39,803 nucleotides of DNA, from positions 1-39,803 of the forward strand of contig JAUCBJ010001110.1 in the NCBI GenBank assembly GCA_032718475.1, written 5' to 3'. Positions within the stretch are counted from its first letter, which is position 1. Every line of letters begins with the position of its first letter. The notes below the pieces were generated by a model. The model ran no database searches, was not told the origin of the DNA, and saw only the letters and a list, made by a program, of their open reading frames with translations. Position numbers and translations under genes: made by a program. Source of the stretch: Nemertoderma westbladi (Eukaryota; Animalia; Xenacoelomorpha). Below are positions 23,101-35,700 of this stretch, in pieces.

Positions 23101-25533
23101 CACATACAGACTGTAAGACATACTGTAGGCCTTACTGCACATACCATAGGCCATGCTGACAGAAGCAATGTTGGCGATAGAATAGCGCGGACAACGGGAT
23201 TAAACCCGGAAGTCGCGGAATACATTCCGGTAGGTAGGCCAGAAGCTGATAGGCCTATACCGGTACCAGTGCAGCAGTATGACTACAGCACCAAAGGATA
23301 TAACATATACCCAGGGGAGGGGGGAATTATTGCGGATAGATGCATGGGCCCCAATATATTAACATCAACCCCAGTACCAAGCATACCGGTGGGGGGGGGA
23401 CAGGGTGACATTCCCCCATCGCAATATCAACAATATACCCCAATAGGAGCGAGAACAACGAACCCCTTGGATGAAAATAAGTCATGCGACACAGAAATAT
23501 GGAGGGGGCCGCTACCCCCAATGATATACCCAAGTCAGAGAAAAACAGGGAATAGAACGGATGGACCGCACCAAACAAGGGAAACTATGCAGCATCCATC
23601 GAACCCATTGGAGGCGCAGGCGGTGGGGATGGCCACGTTGATCGATGCGTTAAAAACCAGGATCGAGTTACCACCCGTGGAACCATTCAAATTCGATGGG
23701 AGTAGGCCGGAAGAATATCTACAGTTTCGGCGCATGTATAGTAACGAGATACTAACAAAAAACTTAACGCAGGCGGAGTGCCTGAAGTATCTGCAAGTAT
23801 ACACAGGAGGCCCAGCATACGACATCGTGAGGCAATACCAGGGTATAGAAGGCGGCTTCACGACGGCATGGTGGGCACTGGATAGGGAATACGGGCACCC
23901 AGCTAAGATCATCAGGCAAACCCTGAGAGGCATAACAACGGGTGGCCTACAGGATAATCCCGTTAGCATTAAGACGTTTGCTAACAAAGTCGAAAAGGCG
24001 CTGATCGTGCTAAAGACGCTAGACGCACCATACGAGCTCAACGCGTCCAACAACATCACCACGATAGTGCAGGCACTACCGATGTGGCTGCGCAATAAGT
24101 GGAGAAAAGTCGCTTTCTCCACTAGAGACAGAAAGGGTGCGGAACCGGGTCTAGAAGAAATGTCCAGCTTCTTAAGCTACGAAGCTGAACTAATAACCGA
24201 CCCAGTCTATAGCGAAGATAGCCTGGGAAAGGGACCAAAGACGGATTACAATCGACCGAAACCAGAGCACAACACGTCGAACGCATTACCAAAGCTCAGG
24301 CAATCACTGCCATATGCAGCAACGCAGGGGACTGCGAGTCCACAAGTAGCCGAGGGTAAGACCGGACAGGGGAAAAATAACAACACGAATGAACATAACC
24401 CTAATACATCCAGTAGGCCGAACCCAAGCTATAAAAACAGTAGGGACTTTAGTACAAATGCAGTTGCGATACGCGATGCGCTGTACAAGGACGGCTACGA
24501 CCCAAAGAGCAAATGCCAGCTACATACAAATGCAAGGCATCTAACCATGAATTGCAGCTACTGGCAAGCGTTACCCAGGGAAGATCAGGTAGAATACGCG
24601 GACAGAAATGACATCTGCTCGCGATGTGTGATGAGTGGACATCGAGCGAGGCAATGCAAGGAGACGCCGGTTAAGTTCCGTCGAGACAAAGGCCAAACGA
24701 TGGCAACGAGCACGGTAGGGGCGAAGAAGAGAGGAACGGTGCTACTTGGGGTAGTACCGGTGCGAGTGATTGGGGAAGGCAATCGATCAGTAACCACTCT
24801 GATGCTGGTTGATAGCGGAGCTGCCTTCACGTTAGTCGAGGATTGGGTGGCTGAAGAAATAGGATTGAGGACGAGGCCAAGTAGAATGGCAGTAACAACC
24901 ATCTCGAGCAAAGACGAAGTCCTAGAGATGAGGACCGGATGGTGCGCGATAGCAGCAGTGGCACCGGGATGTGACTACGGGGCAACCATCGACCCCATCC
25001 AAGTGATAGAGTCAATTAATATCAATGCCAGGCGACCAACCAACATCGAGGTCGAGCAATATAAATTCCTGGACAGTATTGACTTCTCAATCCCGGAGGT
25101 GGACGTCAGGAAGGTATCCATCATAGTAGGAATGGACTGCCCGACGGCCCACGAGAGAATGCAAACAGTCTTCGGCGAAGACAGGGAGTGTGACCCAGTG
25201 GCGATATTGACACCATTCGGGTGGACACTGAGTGGCCCAATCAAGAGCAAGATACCATTTAGGATGTCGGAGTCATCAGGATGCATGTTCGCGGGAACAA
25301 TGCAGGAAATGGGTGACGAGGGAGCAGAGGAGCAGCTTAAAAGACTGCTCAGACAAGATTTCGAGGGACTAAAAGAAACCGGGGTCGGGACCTCGGTAGA
25401 AGACAAACAGGCTTTACAAAGCGTGGAAGAATCGATGAAGTGCGACGAGGGGCGGTACACTATAGGAATGGTATGGAAACTACCGAAACAACCGATAACA
25501 GAGGGATGGTACTCACGAGACTCCGCAAGCTGA
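20145..25533 (+). pseudogene. gag: Gag-protease region of element B, split by a nonsense codon (20520) and frameshifts at poly-G tracts
   Basis: ORF pieces 20145, 20565, 21893, 22335, 22456 chain together; FDGSRPEEYLQFR Gag core, CQLHTNARHLTMNC and CSRCVMSGHRARQC knuckles, protease LVDSGA. Confidence 0.9.
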
Positions 25534-28500
25534 AACAAACACTAAAACGGAGCCCCGAGAAGAATGAGTACATCCACAGAACGATCAAGAAGTACGTCGA
25601 GAAAGGATAGGCCGTGGAGTTACCGGTCGACGAACCGAACACGGACAGGACATATTACCTGCCACTCCACGTGGCTTTAGACCCAAAGAAAGGTAAACTG
25701 CGGATGGTGGTTGACGCATCGGCAAAGACCAACGGAAAATGCTTAAACGACTATCTGTTAGAAGGCCCAAACATATACAATTCGGGCATAGAGGTGTTAC
25801 TTAGATTTCGAAATGGGAAACACGCCTTCACGTGTGACATAGAAGGCATGTTCAACCAAGTCCGTGTAACGGAAGAAGATAGCGACAGTCAACGCTTCTT
25901 ATGGTATAACGGCGAAGAAGAACCGCCGATAATACCAGCATATAAGATGATAGTACAGAACATGGGTGCCAAGTCGTCTTCATTTACGACGACTATGGCA
26001 GTGAGAGACACAGTAAAGGGGAAGGAAGATAGATACAGCAGTACGGCCGTCGATATGATTCGACGCGGCTTCTACGTAGGCGACAGAATGGAGTCTGGAA
26101 ATACGGTTAAGGAGATACTGGATACAGGGCGCGAGGTTCGCGACATCCTAAAGGGATCCGGCTTTAACCTGACCAAATTCCAATCCAGTTCGGAAGAATT
26201 TATAAAAGCCATAGAGGACAGGAAACCAGAATCGACCATGGATAATCCCACAACAGCCAAAGGGCGGGACATGGCGATTAAGAGAACGGAATCCCAGCAG
26301 AAGGCATTGGGAATCGTGTGGGATAGAGAAACAGACGAACTGAAGTATCAGCTGAGCCAGGAGGGCGCAGACATCCACACGAAGAGGGGCTATGTATCGT
26401 ATATAGCAAGGATATACGATCCCCTAGGCCTAGCATCCCCATTATTAGTCACGGGGAAACAGATACTCAAGAGAGTATACAAATTGAAAGATGAATGGGA
26501 CGTAGAGGTACCAGAGGAAATCAAGAAACAGTGGAGCAAATGGACAGGAAACTTGGAGAAGATGGGAACATACAACATGCCAAGGGTGTATTTCCCGGAT
26601 GGGAACATGACGAATCTGGACCTACACATGTTCTCCGACGCGTCGTTGGAAGCGTACGGAGCGGCACTCTACTTAGTACAACGAGAAGGGGCTCATAGGC
26701 CAAGGCTAGCCTTTAGCAAAGCAAAGTCAACGCCGCCAGATTCAGCATCAGTTCCCAAGTTAGAATTGACAGCTGCGAGACTAGGAGTAAGAGCCACAGC
26801 CTACCTAGTGGATACTATTCCCAACATAGTGGAGACACACTACTGGACGGACTCCATGGTAGTGCTTGGTTGGCTACACAACGAAAGGACGAGATACCCG
26901 ATATTCGTCGCGAATAGAGTGGACGAAATAAGGGCGAGCACAGAACTGGAAAGGTGGCACTACTGCCCAACAGACGAGAACCCAGCGGACTTGCTGTCGA
27001 GGGGCGTGGAACGCCACACTTTCCTGAAGAAGGAAGTATTGTGGCAACATGGGCCACAATTTCTGAGCGATAGGGAGGCCTGGCCGCCGATGAGGAAGGT
27101 GGACCCGGGCTCGGAAGTAGTATCAGAAGGAGAAGAGGGAGATTCAGAGGGGGAAGAGATATACTCCCAGATGGTGAGGGAGATTAGGGACGTGCAACCA
27201 GGAAGGGAACTGTGCGATAACCCAACGGATAAACTCCTCAGCTACAGTTCTAGTTGGTATAAGACCAAGAAACTAGTGGCGTACTGGAGAGCCTTCGGGA
27301 AATTCCCTGCAGGAGTTGGCAAGGACAAGAAGATCAGGACAGCCATAGATCTGGAAGGAGCGGCCAAGGCAGTGATCCGCTATGAACAACGGAAGAACTA
27401 CGGCGACGAGGTGGAACGCGTCGGTAACCATCAGCACCTCCGACGGGACAGCGAGCTGATTACACTGTCGCCACAACTCAATGACGACGGGATTCTAGTA
27501 ATGAATTCTAGGGTGGGATACAACAACAGCATAATCGTACCACCGAAACCCATCATCATTCCTACAGGATCGCCAATAGTCCACCAGATTATATGGGACT
27601 CCCACAAATCGATATTGCATGGGGGCACCAACCGAACCCTCACAGAGATAAGGAGGACCTATTGGGTCAAACAATTAAGGAAGAAGGTTAAAGCGGTAGT
27701 GGGGCAGTGCCAGACCTGCCGACGAGCGAAGAAGGAGCGAGCCGTACAGGAGATGGCGCCACTACCAGCGAGTAGGGTAAGACAGCACGACCCGCCATTT
27801 ACGCATTGCGGTGTGGACATGTTCGGGCCGATAAAGATCAAAGTGATGCGGCACACGGAGAAACGCTACGGCATTATCTTCGTATGTAACAACACGCGGG
27901 CAGTAGGGATAGAACTCGCCCAAGATGCAACCGCATCAGCATTCATTAATGCCTTGGAAAGGTTTAGGGACCGCATTGTGGGACGATCGCAGTGATATAC
28001 AGCGACAATGGCACCAACTTTGTAGGCGCAGAGAATGAGATGGCAGAGGCTTTGGACATCCTGGAAGGGGAGGAAGTCAGGGCGGCCATGAGACGACGAC
28101 AAGTGAAGTGGGAAAGGAGGACGCCGTATGCACCACATACACTAGGATGCGTCGAGAGACTGGTGGGCAGTTCAAAGCATCTAATGACGAAGCTAATGAA
28201 CACCCACATGGTCACTGAGGACGTCTTACGGACAGTGCTTGCGAAGTGCGAGGGGATCATTAATAGCAGACCGCCATATCCGGAGAATGATGACCCTGAG
28301 TCACTAGACGTGCTGACGCCTAGCCATTTTCTGATGGAAAGGCCAGCGACCATCGATATGCGGGGTGTAGACCCAGATGATATACACTCCCGTCAGAGTT
28401 GGAAAGTCGCTAAAGCAATTAGCGCAGAGTATTGGAGGAGGTGGGTAGAAGAATACCTACCCACACTCCATAAAAGAAGCAAATGGAGGAAGCCGAATAG

Positions 28501-28711
28501 AGAGTTGAAAGAGGGAGATCTCGTAATCGTTACGGATGATACTATCATCAACAACCAATGGCGGTTGGCGAGAATTGTAGGCACTTACTCCGACGAGGAC
28601 GGAAGAGTCCGATCGGTAGAAGTGCGGATAGGTGGTAAGATAGGTGCGAAGGACAGAAAAACCTACAGGAGAGCTGTAGGGAAATGCTGTCTCCTAGAAG
28701 GGGCACCTTAA
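25490..28711 (+). pseudogene. pol: Pol region of element B (RT, RNase H, integrase), disabled
   Basis: KLRMVVDASAK, DIEGMFNQV, RIYDPLG, FSDAS, PKLEL, WTDS, NPADLLSRG, HHCC, GVDMFGP, SDNGTNF, LTPSHFL. Frameshifts ~25492 and ~27976, stop at 25608, RT motif YVGD. Confidence 0.95.
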
Positions 28712-28869
28712 TGGAGTGTGAGAGGAGTTTTTAGTCGTCCAAGTTTTGGACTGAGGGGGGTGGGATTGAGGGCGAGATGCCCTTCCCACACAAATACAAA
28801 TAAAATAAAAATAAAATAATAGTACGTAGTAGGTACGCAGTTAATAGGCAGAAGGTAGAAGAGTTAGAA

Positions 28870-29525
28870 GGTACGTGGTACCTAGAGTTAGTTGGTTAGT
28901 TAGGAGGTACGTAGTACCATTAGTTAGTAAGAGTCAGGTAGTTAGTTAGTTAAGGGTACGTAGTACCGCTAGTTAGCTAGAGTAGTTAGAGGGTACGTAG
29001 TACCATTAGTTAGTAGGAGTTAGTTAGTTAGTTAGTTGAGGGTACGTAGTACCGCTAGCTAGCTAGAGAGTAAGAGTTAGTTAGTTAGTTAGCTAGTTGA
29101 GGGTACGTAGTACCGCTAGCTAGCTAGAGAGTAAGAGTCAGAGGGTACGTAGTACCATTGGTTAGTAAGAGTTAGAATAGTTAGTTGGTTGAGGGTACGT
29201 AGTACCGCTAACTAGCTAGAGAGTAAGAGTCAGAGGGTACGTAGTACCATTGGTTAGTAAGAGTTAGAATAGTTAGTTGGTTGAGGGTACGTAGTACCGC
29301 TAACTAGCTAGAGAGTAAGAGTCAGAGGGTACGTAGTACCATTGGTTAGTAAGAGTTAGAATAGTTAGTTGGTTGAGGGTACGTAGTACCGCTAACTAGC
29401 TAGAGAGTAAGAGTTAGGATAGTTAGTTGGTTGAGGGTACGTAGTACCGCTAACTAGCTAGAGAGTAAGAGTTAGAAGGTATGTAGTACCGTAAGAGAGT
29501 AGGTAGTTAAAGGGTACGTAGTACC
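28870..29525 (+). repeat. Tandem array of 15 GGTACGTAGTACC hairpin cores with related variable linkers (42+50-bp higher-order unit)
   Basis: Cores at ~28870, 28906, 28955, 28992, 29041, 29102, 29144, 29194, 29236, 29286, 29328, 29378, 29436, 29478, 29513. Confidence 0.95.
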
Positions 29526-30712
29526 GACAGTTAGAGAGAGAGAGTGAGAATTAGTAAGAAAGTACTAGTTAGTAAGTGATAGAGGTAGAGGGGTATATAC
29601 GACATAGATATTAGTTAGCAATTAGAGGGGGGCATATGGGTACAGCTGGATAAATCGTGTGGCCACGCGACGCATACTGTTGTACTGCATAGGCCCACAG
29701 AGTAGGCCAGAATGTGGATTAGAGAGTAGGATAATCCATAGGCAATAGTAAGTAGTAGCACAGTAGGACAAAACAAAACAAAATAAATAGGATAGGGCTG
29801 GAAGTTACAAATTATGGTAACAGTAGGAAAATCATTCTGGAACACAATAAAAGTAACTGATAGAATAGAATAGGATAGATGGGAAGCGAAGCGATTGGAA
29901 GAAATCGCTAGACAGGAGAAGACAGAAAGCAGATCCCAGGGGAGCGATAGTGACTAGGAAGCGACCCAGGGAGGAAGCCATCTCGAGAGAGACGGGGAGG
30001 TTCCCGAGGTCGGGAGGAATAGACTGAGACTTTAGTGTGGTACGCCTGGAAGGCGCCACGCGAGACGTGCAAACTATTAAATACAAATTTAATTTCAATC
30101 TAAATAATCAATATAAGTGCAATTTGTATGTACGTACGTAGTAATCAGTAATCTAGAAATATATATATACGCTCGATGTAAGTACTATAGTCATACAACC
30201 TTTCTCAATTAGCTACTGGGAATGGGGACTAAATTGACTATGGGACTATGGACGAGACACGAGACGACTTCACACTTCTTGAGTGCGACGGCACGGGAGG
30301 GGAGGTGACATTCGTCAGAGGGGATGAGGTAGTCAATGAGGGGTCGAGGGAAGAATGATAGTGCGGAGTGCGGAGAGGGTGCCGATGCAATCCTAGCGTG
30401 TGGGGGGGGGGGAAGGAGTAAGAGGCTGAGTAAGGGACAGAGAAGTCCGAGAGTAGAGTGAGAGGAGAGTAGAGTTAAGGGCGAAAGTGTTGGGGAAACA
30501 AAAAATCGTGTGAGAGACGAGCACGATCGGCCCGACATGGACGCCAGGCGTAAAGGGTAGCGTTATTATACCCAGAGGGAGCGGCCTGGAAAGCCGACTC
30601 CGAGAGAAAAGATTTCCACCCCACACCCGATGCTAGATCGGGATCCAGCGGGATTGTAGCGCACTTTTCGGTTGATGCTATCTTCTCACCGGGAAGATAG
30701 CATGGGGGGGAG

Positions 30713-31253
30713 TGTTAGCTTATCCAATCCCGCTAACACCCCATAAAAGTTAAGCCGATAAGCAATATTGGGGGCCTCGAGATTGGGCAATCAACCAACT
30801 CGCGCCACCCCAACAAAATGGGAAGGTGAACCACACAATAAGGGTCAGGGGCCAAACCCCTAACCAAGAGAGAACAGGTGGAGTGAACGGGACACTCCAA
30901 AGGGCGCCAACAAGGGTATCAACCAATCGGAGGGGGGAAGGCACCGATTGAGTAGAGCAATAAGGCCACCGTGCAATATAACCAGTAACCAGTAATCATA
31001 TTACCTCAGTTATCTCAGTGTTATTGGTACTACTGTAAGAATAGTTTAGCTAGGGAAGTACCGGGATTTCAGTTACCGTCTCCCGCCTTCCGTGTACAAC
31101 AATATTACCAGTCATCATTATCTATATCTATATTGTATATACCTCGGACATTGCAATACAACGAACAACAGGAACTCTTTATCTTTCACACACGGCGGGG
31201 ACGCGTGAACTGACAAAACGGATAAATCGGGATCCTTCCTGGATCCCGTCACA
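30713..31253 (+). repeat. 3' LTR of element B
   Basis: Near-identical to 19528-20068; preceded by PPT, followed by TSD. Confidence 0.98.
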
Positions 31254-31387
31254 GTTCCAGAATATAATATTCTAGAATAGATATATAATAGAATATAATA
31301 TAATATCCAACATATGTAGCTAGTATATCATAAATTACTAGCTAGTTTTTTTCATCAAAAAGTGGGGTCACAGGCCATACTAATACC

Positions 31388-32761
31388 ATAACGACACTAT
31401 ATTCCCCAACTTGGAGGAGAGGAATCTCAGATTTACGCAGTATTGTTTACAGAGTTGCCCAGCAACACTCTAAAATAGGATCGTAAAAATAGCATCGTAA
31501 CAAGATACGATAATCGGAAGCACGATTAATCGTAAACAGTTTTATGCATACCAATATACGATAATCGTGGCTACGATAGTCGTAATCCAACTTACGATTA
31601 ATTTAGAGTTACGACGGACGTAAATTTACGACTGTTTTATGCATACGAGCCATTGTATGTGTAGGTGTAATGTAATGGTAGAAGCGATGCAAATTTAAAT
31701 TAGTGGTTTGGATTGATTCCGAAATAATCATGGGATTTTTGCAAGATTGACTCGACTATAAATAAATACTCTATTTTGGCTGCCATCTTTACCGTCACCT
31801 CTGCAACCACTATTGTCGCTTTACCGTCTCTTTATTTATAACTTTATTTCGATCTCAGCAACTCAATGGATAGAACAGGAGATGAAACAGATGAAACATT
31901 ATCGATAAAGTTACTGGAGGATTACGAGACCCGGTTGACGTATGGAATTCAGTTATCTGTTGATTTTATCTTCTGTAAGAATCTTCTTCCCACTGGCAGC
32001 ATCACAAATCAAAAACTTATTATCGACGTAAACTAGAATCGTTCCATCAGGCTGATGCCCGTGCAATCAAACGATTCTAGTTTACGTTGATAATAAGTTA
32101 ATGATTTGCGATGCGGCCAGTGGGATGAAAATTCTTACAGAAGATAAAATTAATATCAATTAATCGCTATATATACTGTATATGATGCAAAATTATCGGC
32201 TGATGGAAGAAGAATATGTTACCGAACTTTAGATGGATGGATTCATATTAGGGTTCAACTGATGGAGAAATAATATTCGATCATTTTTGATTCCCATTCG
32301 GTAATAAAGGAGGAAGATTTAATCAATAAAACGTCACCGATACTCACAAACAGTATCCGTCCTCTAATATCGTCCTCTAATGGGACTATCATTTGTATCA
32401 ATACGGAAGATTATCTTCTATACAACCTCTATACCCCCTTTCATATTGGAGTTTCATTCTCACCAACAGCTAAACATCTAATAACCTACTCCACTTACCG
32501 AACTCCAACTCCGGAAGTTAAAATTTGGGATTTTATTAATTTATCTTCAATACAAAAACCAATTAAAGTCTATGAGTTCAGTGTTTTTGCTATAGAATGA
32601 CTAGATTGGGTTGCGGACGATATAATAATTATAGGTAACAAAGTTAATGTTGAGTCAAAGGGGTGCAATGTAGATTGTTTGAACTTATTGGATGGGAAGC
32701 CGATATGGGGGGTGAGATTTACCAACGAGTTATACAAACTCCACCTAAAAGGAATTTTTAG
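31388..32761 (+). repeat. Repeat unit U, partial copy 2 (equivalent to ~17052-18445): Harbinger-like right end, hairpin 31959-32154, WD40-like 5' half
   Basis: Direct alignment by eye; internal deletion near 32356. Confidence 0.95.
31866..32757 (+). pseudogene. WD40-like pseudogene, truncated copy 2
   Basis: Same sequence as 17532 onward, with extra indels. Confidence 0.7.
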
Positions 32762-32765
32762 TCTA

Positions 32766-35700
32766 ATAAGGGGTCTATTGGTGAGATTTTCTCCAAATTT
32801 GGTACAAACAAACTTGACTCTTATGACTATCGATTGACTGAAGTATGCACTTCTAGATAGTTTCCAGAGCAACTAATCAGTTAACTATTATGTATTAATA
32901 CCAATTTTGCTCTACAATATAGAGAGCTTATTTACACATCTTCTCTACTAAACCTAAACGGGTGAATGAAATCTCGCCCATCGGATTTATCGACTTCAAA
33001 AACCCTTATCCCTAAATAATGTATTTGTTATTATATTGAAAACCATTGTGGATTTTAAACAAAAACAAATAATTAATTACACTAAAATCAATAGAGCAAT
33101 CGCAAATAAGTATATTATGTGAAAAATCTTCGCTAACATTAATGGAAATTATGAAATTTCATTGCAGTGGAATTGTCTAATTTTTTACACCAGTTACCTT
33201 AATATTTCGTGAAATTGTTGATATATTTAAAAATTGGATGCGACTTCTAGTTACCGAGATATAGCAATTTGGCCCGTATGCATAAAACACTTACGACCGT
33301 CGTAATCCTCCGATCGTCGTATGTCAGCAGATACGACTATCGTAAACAAAATCGATATGCATAAAAATTGTCAGCCTCTTTGATTGTAAACTTACGATTC
33401 ATTTCAATCGTAGATTTAAGGGTGCTCTCTATCGAGTATAAAAGTTACGATCTGGCCCAGTTAACATTGAACTCAATTTTTATTGGCTAAAAGGTAGTAT
33501 AGGATACTGTTGCTAGGCTACCTATAAAACAATACAACGTAGTGAATTATCTCTCATTTACCACCCTTAATTTAACACCTTACACCCTGCTATTTTATTA
33601 ATTACAATCAAATGCTACGAAATTTCGTATGTTTACAGTTTAGTACTGTGTTTTTTTAAACTATGGCCTGGTCGGATTTTAAATTTTTCGAAAGAATTCG
33701 CAGCAGCAAGCCGTTATAAAACGTGTATTCGCACTTTTTAACTATCTCTATACAGGCGTTGTCTATGCATTACTATGTTATGGGTACCCACTTTTTGACC
33801 ACTTATTTTACCATGTTAATGGCTATTATCATGAGGTTTTTTTTTAGAACATAAATATCATCTTCTGTGAGACTAGCTATTGTTTTTTTTTCTGGTAGCT
33901 AGTGTTTGTTTTAGGTAGCTAAGCTGCTGTTTTTAAAATTTCAAAACCAAATTTTTGGTACCTAATTTTTGATGAATATTTTGACCATGTTAATGGATAT
34001 TTTCATGATATTTTTTGTTCTAGAACATAAATTTCACCTGGGAGAGGTTACCTATTATTTTTTATTAAGGTAGCTAGTGTTTTTAATGGTAGCTATTGAT
34101 CTAATCTAATCACTAGCTAATAAAAAGTACTAGGTAACACCAAATCAAAATTACTTGCTGCCATCTTACTTGCAGAAGGTTAAATATTTGTTCTAGAACA
34201 AAAAACCTCACGATAAAAGCCATTTTCATATAAAAAATATTGGTCAAAAAGTGGGTACCCATAACATAGTAATGCCTATGATTCCTCAAGTGTAACAGTT
34301 AAACTTCACTTAAACCGTCTAAAGTAAATCGTTTCTTTCATAAAACTTATGTATCCAAAAACATTTGCATGTGCACGAGGCTATATTATTATATTAAATA
34401 AAAACACAATATTTTAGAACATTTTGTTTATGTATGAATACCTACTTAATTAAAGAGGAATTGCATTGTTCTCCAGTTGTTGTCCAGCTACGTATGGAAT
34501 AAAGAAAATGTTCCAGAATATGGTGTATTTATTAAAAATAATAAAACTGCCTTGCGCAGTGTTGCAAAACCGTACATCATTCGAACCTTCATATCTCAAA
34601 TATTTATTTATAAAGGTTGAAGAATAACATCGGTGTAACTGGTGCAATATCGACGGAGACACCCTTTTCAAACACTTGTATAGCTAAAGAATGAAAGCGA
34701 AAATAAAAATTCTGGCTCACCCAGCAAGGAGGAGGGAGGTGAAACTATGTCTTTTTCAAATTTCACGCAATCTCATTACGATTTGTAGAAAAATTTGGGG
34801 GCGGGGGGGGGGGGGGGGGTACCTGAATAACGACACTATATTCCACGACATGGAGGAGAGGAATCTCAGATTTTCGCAGTATTGTTTACAGAGTTGCCCA
34901 GCAACACTCTAAAATAGCATCGTAAAAATAGCATCGTAACTAAATTACGATAATCGGAAGCACGATTAATCGTAAACAGTTTTATGCATACCAATATACG
35001 ACAATCGTGGCTACTATAGTCGTAATCCAACTTACGATTAATTTAGAGTTACGACGGACGTAAATTTACGACTGTTTTATGCAAACGGGCCATTATATGT
35101 GTAGGTGTAATGTAATGGTAGAAGCGATGCAAATTTAAATTAGTGGTTTGGATTGATTCCGAAATAATCATGGGATTTTTGCAAGATTGACTCGACTATA
35201 AATAAATACTCTATTTTGGCTGCCATCTTTACCATCACCTCTGCAACCACTATTGTCGCTTTACCGTCTCTTTATTTATAACTTTATTTCTATCTCAGCA
35301 ACTCAATGGATAGAACAGGAGATGAAACAGATGAAACATTATCGGTAAAGTTACTGGAGGATTACGAGACCCGGTTGACGTATGGAATTCAGTTATCTGC
35401 TGATTGTATCTTCTGTAAGAATCTTCTTCCCACTGGCAGCATCACAAATCAAAAACTTATTATCGACGTAAACTAGAATCGTTCCATCAGGCTGATGCCC
35501 GTGCAATCAAACGATTCTAGTTTACGGTGATAATAAGTTAATGATTTGCGATGCGGCCAGTGGGATGAAAATTCTTACAGAAGATAGAATTAATATCAAT
35601 TAATCGCTATATATACTGTATATGATGCAAAATTATCGGCTGATGGAAGAAGAATATGTTACCGAACTTTAGATGGATGGATTCATATTAGGGATTCAAC

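Larger units (their letters stand above)
19528..31253 (+). mobile_element. Full-length BEL/Pao LTR retrotransposon (element B, 11.7 kb), coding-defective
   Basis: Two 541-bp TG...CA LTRs, 5-bp TSD GTTCC (19523-19527, 31254-31258), domain order gag-PR-RT-RH-IN, PPT GGGGGGGAG at 30704-30712. Confidence 0.98.
19005..31387. mobile_element. MITE with ~80-bp TIRs (~650 bp without its insert), interrupted by the BEL/Pao element
   Basis: GGTATTAGTATGGCCTGTGACCCCACTTTTTGATG... at 19005 and its reverse complement ending at 31387; no TSD. Confidence 0.9.

Noticed and set aside
25490-25614. Programmed gag-pol frameshift
   Set aside because: No slippery heptamer, it falls after the protease, BEL/Pao normally has a single ORF, and a further stop follows at 25608.
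20095-28584. Numerous minus-strand ORFs over element B
   Set aside because: Shadow frames of purine-rich gag/pol; no motifs.
28870-29525. CRISPR array
   Set aside because: Core only 13-16 bp, linkers are related low-complexity repeats rather than unique spacers, no cas genes, and it lies inside a eukaryotic retrotransposon.
28712-30712. env gene in element B
   Set aside because: No long ORF with signal peptide, furin site or TM helix.
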